Part shown: positions 58,874-64,000 of the stretch, one piece after another
Layout: each line of letters begins with the position of its first letter
Position numbering within the stretch: position 1 is the first letter of the stretch
From: a virus
Virus record (IMG/VR): IMGVR_UViG_3300012003_000003
Span: 7,672-71,671 of that record
Strand: one strand, 5' to 3'
Length of the DNA: 64,000 nucleotides
Notes under the pieces: model-generated
What the model was told of the DNA's origin: nothing
What the model saw: only the letters and a program-made list of their open reading frames with translations
Database searches by the model: none
Program-made: the position numbers and the translations under genes

Positions 58874-59989
58874 TTATTTAATCTGCGTTTCCAATTCCGC
58901 AAACAATTCTAATACAACCTTCTCCTTATCAGTAGCCCGTGCGGTCAACTCATCGGCAGTATGTAACTTGCCTACCAGGTCTAGTATCGGCGCATCCATT
59001 TTCGCCCAGGTCAATTTACCCGGTTGCTGTATGGTTGATAAAACGCCCCTTAAAAGTGCCTGGTTAACTAAATACTTGCGCTTGGTATCGGGATTGTTGA
59101 TGATGGCCGAAAATTGTTCCAACGCCTCTTTTGCTTTCGGGTTACGGGGATCATACTTGGCTTTACCTAAAAATGCAAACTTAATTCTATTCAAGCCAGC
59201 CAATGTCGTATCGCTAATATCTATTCCCATTAAAGCGGAAACAGCCAACATTTCTGTTGTAGTGCAACGCCTTGCCCGTGATTCGGTAGCGAACGCCAAA
59301 TCCGAAAGGTCAATACCTTCCTCAACAACTGTATCGGGGTTATTCAATTTAAACTGATACATAGACGGCCTTTTGGTACGTGGCTTTTCGTTATCCACGA
59401 AATAGTCAGACAGGTACATGGCTTGAAGCCGCAACTTACCTGTTTCGCCACCGGGTACAAGCATACGCCCATCACGAAACTCCAAATCGTTTTCGGGGTT
59501 TCCTAACAGCCTGTCAATTTCTTTTGGTTCATATTCATCCAATTCGGTCTGTTCACTCACCCAACAAGAGGGTTGCCCCTCGATGTACCGCCAATTTTCA
59601 AACTTGGAGGTTTTTTTGTTCCATGCGCTACCCCTGTTAGGGACGCTGAAAGACGGCTGAAACCCTGTACCAATAGGCAGTCCAGATTGTTTGTCAACAG
59701 GGCGGCTTTCTTCGCGTTTTGTGCAGAGTTCAAACTCGTACATCTTGCCCTCATCCACTACTAATGTACCTTTTTTGGTTCTGTACGGTTTAAGGTCCGC
59801 TACCGTTTCTGCTGTTTGATCCATGTTATGTATTATTGATGGTTGTTGTTTGGTGATTGTTTGTACCGCTTCCTGTTGCTGTGTTAGGTATGGAGCCTGT
59901 ACCGGGGCTTTTTTGTGTAATGCCGCAAATTTAGCCCTTGCGGCTAACTGCTTTTCGGTAGGTGATTTCTTTTCTTTGGTAACTGGCAT
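58874..59989 (-). CDS. Hypothetical protein downstream of the capsid gene
   Basis: 371 aa; WRYIEGQPSCWVSEQ...LEFRDGRMLV. Confidence 0.7.
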   Translation of the reverse strand: MPVTKEKKSPTEKQLAARAKFAALHKKAPVQAPYLTQQQEAVQTITKQQPSIIHNMDQTAETVADLKPYRTKKGTLVVDEGKMYEFELCTKREESRPVDKQSGLPIGTGFQPSFSVPNRGSAWNKKTSKFENWRYIEGQPSCWVSEQTELDEYEPKEIDRLLGNPENDLEFRDGRMLVPGGETGKLRLQAMYLSDYFVDNEKPRTKRPSMYQFKLNNPDTVVEEGIDLSDLAFATESRARRCTTTEMLAVSALMGIDISDTTLAGLNRIKFAFLGKAKYDPRNPKAKEALEQFSAIINNPDTKRKYLVNQALLRGVLSTIQQPGKLTWAKMDAPILDLVGKLHTADELTARATDKEKVVLELFAELETQIK

Positions 59990-60039
59990 ATGGTAATTTA
60001 TTAATAAGGGAGCGACCCTACGCCGCCCCCTATTTTATT

Positions 60040-61386
60040 TTAACCTTTTTGGATACGGATAAACTGGTTCGCGCCTTGTACGGTCAAACCAGGATACTCG
60101 ATCTGTGCAGTGTTTTTCTGCATAGTGCCTGTTTTACCGTTAGCTGATAAAGCACCAAACTCCCATGCGTACACCATTTGCCCCTCGATAAGCTGATACC
60201 TCTTTATCATTTGCGGCATATCGTCTTTCGACATATCGCCGTTAAGGTCACGCTTGCCGGTTGGGATGATGTAGCCTGAATTTTGGTTCAGGTTTCCCGC
60301 AGCTACCGATCCGTACATGGTTTCATCCGAAATCGGTACATACTTGGTGATGCTGAACTCGCGGAACATCGGGGTGTATTTCTTAAACCCACGACGCAGG
60401 TCGTTCATATCATAAACAATAGCGCCATTGATAAACTCGTTGCCCAACGACAAGTTAAAGTCGATGTTTTGATAGGTATCCTGTAACCAATCGGCACTCA
60501 TCGGTGCGCCCTGGGCGGATAGTTTACGCTCAATATCAGCAAAGGTGCTTTGAACATTGAAGGATGGGTAAATGATGTTTATACCGTAGTTCTGTATCCA
60601 TTGCTTTAACCCCATTGTACCGCTATCGGCGGTCATGTTGGTAGCAAGGTTAGAATCTAACAGGTACAATTCACTTTCTTGTATCCACCTGTCACGGTCA
60701 TTCCTTTTCATCATGGCTAAGTAATACTTTTGCCCGTTGAACATAAGGTCTGTTTGTTCCATCAATGCCAAATCGGTGATGATATCATCAATACGGTGCT
60801 GTGAGCAGTAGTTGATGTATTTGGCGATGTTACGTACCTGCGGAGTTGTTGGCGTTGATGCCTCACCCAGGTATTTGTAACCGCGTGATTGCAGTTCCTG
60901 ACCGGCAAGACCTGTAACGTCCGTCCCTGCAACGGTTGGCGCAATAACGAAGCTAAATGCAAACGGTGTGGTCGTATTAACCGATACAACGTAGCACTCA
61001 ACGCCTGTTTGAGCGTTATACATTACTAACTTCGGCGCAGGCAACATACGTGTGCCATTAGCCGAATAGGATCCTGTAGTGATGTTTACAGTTGCGGTAG
61101 TGTTTACACCGCTTGACGTAAAGTTACCCGAAGCCGTAACATAGCCAAGTGCCCGGCCAAAGTCCTCGTAATGGTAAAATTGTTTGTTAGTCGTTTCTTT
61201 CGACTTTATCCTTAGCTTACCGCCGCCCAACTGGACAAGCAGCATATATGGGTTCCAACCGAATTTTTGGAAAAACTCCAGGTGGTTGGTAACGTTGATA
61301 ATATTTAACTCGCTGATAAGGGTACTGCCCCGTGTTATATCGGGGGATGAATACCCATTGGGAGTGGTAACTGGTGTTTCTGCCAT
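60040..61386 (-). CDS. Major capsid protein
   Basis: 448 aa after scaffold and portal; QFYHYED, GTMGLKQWI; biased codon usage. Confidence 0.75.
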   Translation of the reverse strand: MAETPVTTPNGYSSPDITRGSTLISELNIINVTNHLEFFQKFGWNPYMLLVQLGGGKLRIKSKETTNKQFYHYEDFGRALGYVTASGNFTSSGVNTTATVNITTGSYSANGTRMLPAPKLVMYNAQTGVECYVVSVNTTTPFAFSFVIAPTVAGTDVTGLAGQELQSRGYKYLGEASTPTTPQVRNIAKYINYCSQHRIDDIITDLALMEQTDLMFNGQKYYLAMMKRNDRDRWIQESELYLLDSNLATNMTADSGTMGLKQWIQNYGINIIYPSFNVQSTFADIERKLSAQGAPMSADWLQDTYQNIDFNLSLGNEFINGAIVYDMNDLRRGFKKYTPMFREFSITKYVPISDETMYGSVAAGNLNQNSGYIIPTGKRDLNGDMSKDDMPQMIKRYQLIEGQMVYAWEFGALSANGKTGTMQKNTAQIEYPGLTVQGANQFIRIQKG

Positions 61387-61418
61387 GACAATGTTTTTTT
61401 AAATGTTGGTGTGTTTAA

Positions 61419-62636
61419 TTAATCTGCTTCTTCATACTCCACATTCTTTTTCTTTGCTCTTGCCCTGTCAATTGCGTCATGTGCCGCTTCTTCAAGGGTA
61501 TTGAACTTTTTAGGCGTATCGTCAGGGGCGCGATAATTGGGGTCAATCCCTTTTATCTTGGCCATTGTTGCCTTTATGGCATCGGTTTTAACCTGTGAGG
61601 CTACGGATGCGATAATTTTCTTATGGTCACGCAACAACCGCACACCTTCGGCGATTTTGTCAGGGTTCCATGTATTATCAGCATTTGTCCACCCCTCGGA
61701 TTCCATCCATTTAAAGATGTTGAAGTCTTTCATTTCTGCCACCTGTGCGGCTTTCTCGTCGTCAGTCCAAACATATTCCACTCCCTTGTCGTCTATGTCC
61801 ATCTTGAAGTTTGAAAGCCCCGGTACGGTTTCTTCAACTCTTTTTTGCCATGCGGCGGTACGTTCGGCTATCTCTGCTTCGGTAGGCTGCGTGTTTTGTG
61901 CGGGTATTTCTGCTTTTTTTATTTCTGGTAATGTTAATTTGCTCTGTTTATCTACAAGGTCAACGCGCTTGTCAAAAGCGTGCATCTGTAATAGTTCAAG
62001 GTTCTTTTCAACCTCTTTATTGTGCGCGTTAGCCTCTTTTATCTCGTCGGCATCATCTTCGGGATCAAGCCCGCTGGTATCAATTTTCTCCAAATTTGTG
62101 CCGTATTTATGGCGCAGTTCAAGGTTGATACGGTTGCTGTCCCATGCAGGGTTTTCAGCCCTTAGCGCATTTTTCATAATGTCCACATCGGACATCGTTT
62201 TATAGTCTTTTTCCTTTTCGGATATGTAACTCTTTAGTATAGCCGTGCCATCTTCCGATTGCACCAGGTCAAACCATTGCCTTGCTTCCTCGTTCTTAAA
62301 CTGCGGGACTTTGGTTTCCAGGTCTTTTGCCTTTGTTTCAAGGGTATCATAGTTCTTAAACTTTTCTAAAGCGGCGATAAACTCATCCTCTGTTTTAAAT
62401 AGTCCACCCGATTTAGTTGTTAGGTATTCGGCGTAGTTTGGTTCAGCTGCGGTTATTGCTGCTGGCGATGCTGCTGGTGCTGGTGTCGCTGCGGGTTCTT
62501 CCACCGGAGCGTCATCCCCAATAACCAAATCCTTAATATCATCGAAATTTGGTTGTGTTATTACCGGCGCTGTCTTAGCCGTTTCCGCAGCCGCCAAAAA
62601 ATCCGGGTTATCAAGGTCTATTTCAAAATCAGGCAT
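61419..62636 (-). CDS. Capsid scaffolding protein
   Basis: Acidic, helical, between portal and capsid genes. Confidence 0.65.
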   Translation of the reverse strand: MPDFEIDLDNPDFLAAAETAKTAPVITQPNFDDIKDLVIGDDAPVEEPAATPAPAASPAAITAAEPNYAEYLTTKSGGLFKTEDEFIAALEKFKNYDTLETKAKDLETKVPQFKNEEARQWFDLVQSEDGTAILKSYISEKEKDYKTMSDVDIMKNALRAENPAWDSNRINLELRHKYGTNLEKIDTSGLDPEDDADEIKEANAHNKEVEKNLELLQMHAFDKRVDLVDKQSKLTLPEIKKAEIPAQNTQPTEAEIAERTAAWQKRVEETVPGLSNFKMDIDDKGVEYVWTDDEKAAQVAEMKDFNIFKWMESEGWTNADNTWNPDKIAEGVRLLRDHKKIIASVASQVKTDAIKATMAKIKGIDPNYRAPDDTPKKFNTLEEAAHDAIDRARAKKKNVEYEEAD

Positions 62637-62715
62637 AAATGAATATTTTTTATAAAACTAAATACAAAATCTCGTTATTCCAAAAACTTTTTTATAGGTG
62701 ATGCGTTAACCCTAC

Positions 62716-62877
62716 ATGAATATAACAGTAGTTTACATCATTGTCAGTACAATAGTTTTTGTGCTTTCGATATTCAGCTATCCTAATTCGTTACCATATT
62801 ACTGGTATTACAGGGGAGTTTCAATTATATTAGCCCTTATTGGGTTAGCGTTAAGTTATCAGATTTTGTTTCATTAA
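62716..62877 (+). CDS. Small two-TM membrane protein
   Basis: MNITVVYIIVSTIVFVLSIF...VSIILALIGLALSYQILFH, manual translation. Confidence 0.45.
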   Translation: MNITVVYIIVSTIVFVLSIFSYPNSLPYYWYYRGVSIILALIGLALSYQILFH

Positions 62878-64000
62878 GCGGCTACGGGTTGCCCCTGTTG
62901 CTGTTGTTGCTGCGCCTGTTGGGCCATAGCCCGCTGTTGTTCCTCTTGCTTCTGTTTAGCCTGTGCGTTTAAGAAGCCTATAACCGATTGCTTCTGTGCT
63001 TCCTCGGTAATTCCCAACCCGTCCCAAAAAAATGAAGGGATATCGCTTAATTTAGCATCTGGTTTAGTAATTATTGCTTCCATCACCTTAGCTTTTGCTA
63101 TCCCTAAAAATTCTGAATTTTGCTTCAACATGGTGCCATTTTGCTCCTCTTTCATTTGGTCAAGCTTGTTTTTATGTGCTTGTTGCTCCAAATCCATGTC
63201 ACCCTTAGCTTTACTTTCTGCAGCGGCCTTGGCTTGTTCTAAGTTATTTTGGGTATTCTGTTTAGCCTGTTCGGCCTCGTCTGCCTTTTTTTGTTTGGCG
63301 TACTGCGCCAACATAAACGACCTCAAAGTAGCATCCTCAATCAAATCAAGCTCAGCTACCGCCTCTAATCCTATTTGTCCTTGTTCAAGTGCAATCTCGA
63401 TACGACGATCCCATTTTTCCTGATCTGCCTTATCCAGCACAACATCAATCTTCGTGTCAAATATTATCTGCCCAATATCATCACCCAAACTACGCATATA
63501 CTCAATATCATCCTCGCCCAAAGCCATGTTATACCCGTCAAAGCTATCTTCTTTCAGGAAAAATTTGTCCAGTAGCAACAACTCAATATTTTTAGCCACC
63601 CCTTTTTTAACGTTCAATACAGTCTTATAAACGAAGTTACTCGGCTCGGCGGCTATTTCCCTTGCATCGTTAAGGGTGCTGTTAGCGGTTGCCTGATTAG
63701 TAATGTTACCACTAGCCAGGTTATTATCCCCGGTAATGATTTGTAACTTTTTATATGTAGTCCAAAACTGCTCATCCAACTCTTTTAACTTTTGGCTTGC
63801 CTGTCCTACATTTGGCTTAATCGGCGGTTCCTGCCTGCGCCCATCACCCTCAACATCTTCACCCATGAAATACCAGTTACCAGTTTGCAGGGCAATGCCA
63901 AACAACTGCATAGGGGACACTACGCCCACGCCCTGACCCATATCAATATTGGACAACCCCAACATATCAATCGTAAAGCCATCCGGCGCTATCATAGCGA
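62874..64000 (-). CDS. Portal protein (C-terminal part; 5' end outside window)
   Basis: APDGFTIDM..LSNI, QTGNW, ITGDN, Q-rich coiled-coil tail typical of podovirus portals. Confidence 0.75.
   Translation of the reverse strand, partial: AMIAPDGFTIDMLGLSNIDMGQGVGVVSPMQLFGIALQTGNWYFMGEDVEGDGRRQEPPIKPNVGQASQKLKELDEQFWTTYKKLQIITGDNNLASGNITNQATANSTLNDAREIAAEPSNFVYKTVLNVKKGVAKNIELLLLDKFFLKEDSFDGYNMALGEDDIEYMRSLGDDIGQIIFDTKIDVVLDKADQEKWDRRIEIALEQGQIGLEAVAELDLIEDATLRSFMLAQYAKQKKADEAEQAKQNTQNNLEQAKAAAESKAKGDMDLEQQAHKNKLDQMKEEQNGTMLKQNSEFLGIAKAKVMEAIITKPDAKLSDIPSFFWDGLGITEEAQKQSVIGFLNAQAKQKQEEQQRAMAQQAQQQQQQGQPVAA

Noticed and set aside
41002-63936. Many plus-strand ORFs of 60-220 aa within the virion module
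   Set aside because: Antisense shadows of long minus-strand genes
1-64000. Genome-wide TAG-to-Gln reassignment
   Set aside because: Long genes have no internal TAG, and several TAGs sit 2 nt before the next ATG as real stops (11920, 18779, 45740, 49390); only a local cluster is supported
1-64000. Retron, DGR or integrase module
   Set aside because: No reverse transcriptase or recombinase motifs in any ORF, and no template/variable repeat pair noticed

Overview
A 64 kb segment of a tailed dsDNA phage of Bacteroidota. The host inference rests on TAnnTTTG -7 promoters, a near absence of Shine-Dalgarno sites, an Hc1 histone-like gene and a PcfK/PcfJ pair. The virion looks podovirus-like. Layout: (i) 1-8332, leftward glycosyltransferase, methylase and replication genes (initiator, DnaB-like helicase, NinB-like, RepL-like); (ii) a ~900 bp divergent non-coding region; (iii) 9.2-31.4 kb, rightward early/middle genes (small ORFs, PcfK/PcfJ, RNase H, KTSC, Sak4-like ATPase, DUF5131, exonuclease, HNH, tRNA-Thr, GHKL ATPase, DUF1064 nuclease, Hc1); (iv) 31.6-64 kb, leftward lysis and virion module (holin, GH25 lysin, tail fibre, HNH, PurD-like ATP-grasp, ejection proteins, tail proteins, RNA ligase, major capsid, scaffold, portal). 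The most striking unexplained signals are five. First, a ~320-380 nt pseudoknotted non-coding RNA with its own promoter and terminator (21.64-22.03 kb). Second, three in-frame TAG-G codons in neighbouring genes of the replication operon, plus a TTT-TGA +1 shifty stop in the same operon. Third, structured pseudoknot or kissing-loop leaders before both HNH genes, one of which left a duplicated gene 3' end. Fourth, a near-perfect four-way-junction RNA. Fifth, an acidic 38-aa peptide gene next to the ATP-grasp enzyme. All product calls come from visual motif recognition; no database searches or folding programs were run.
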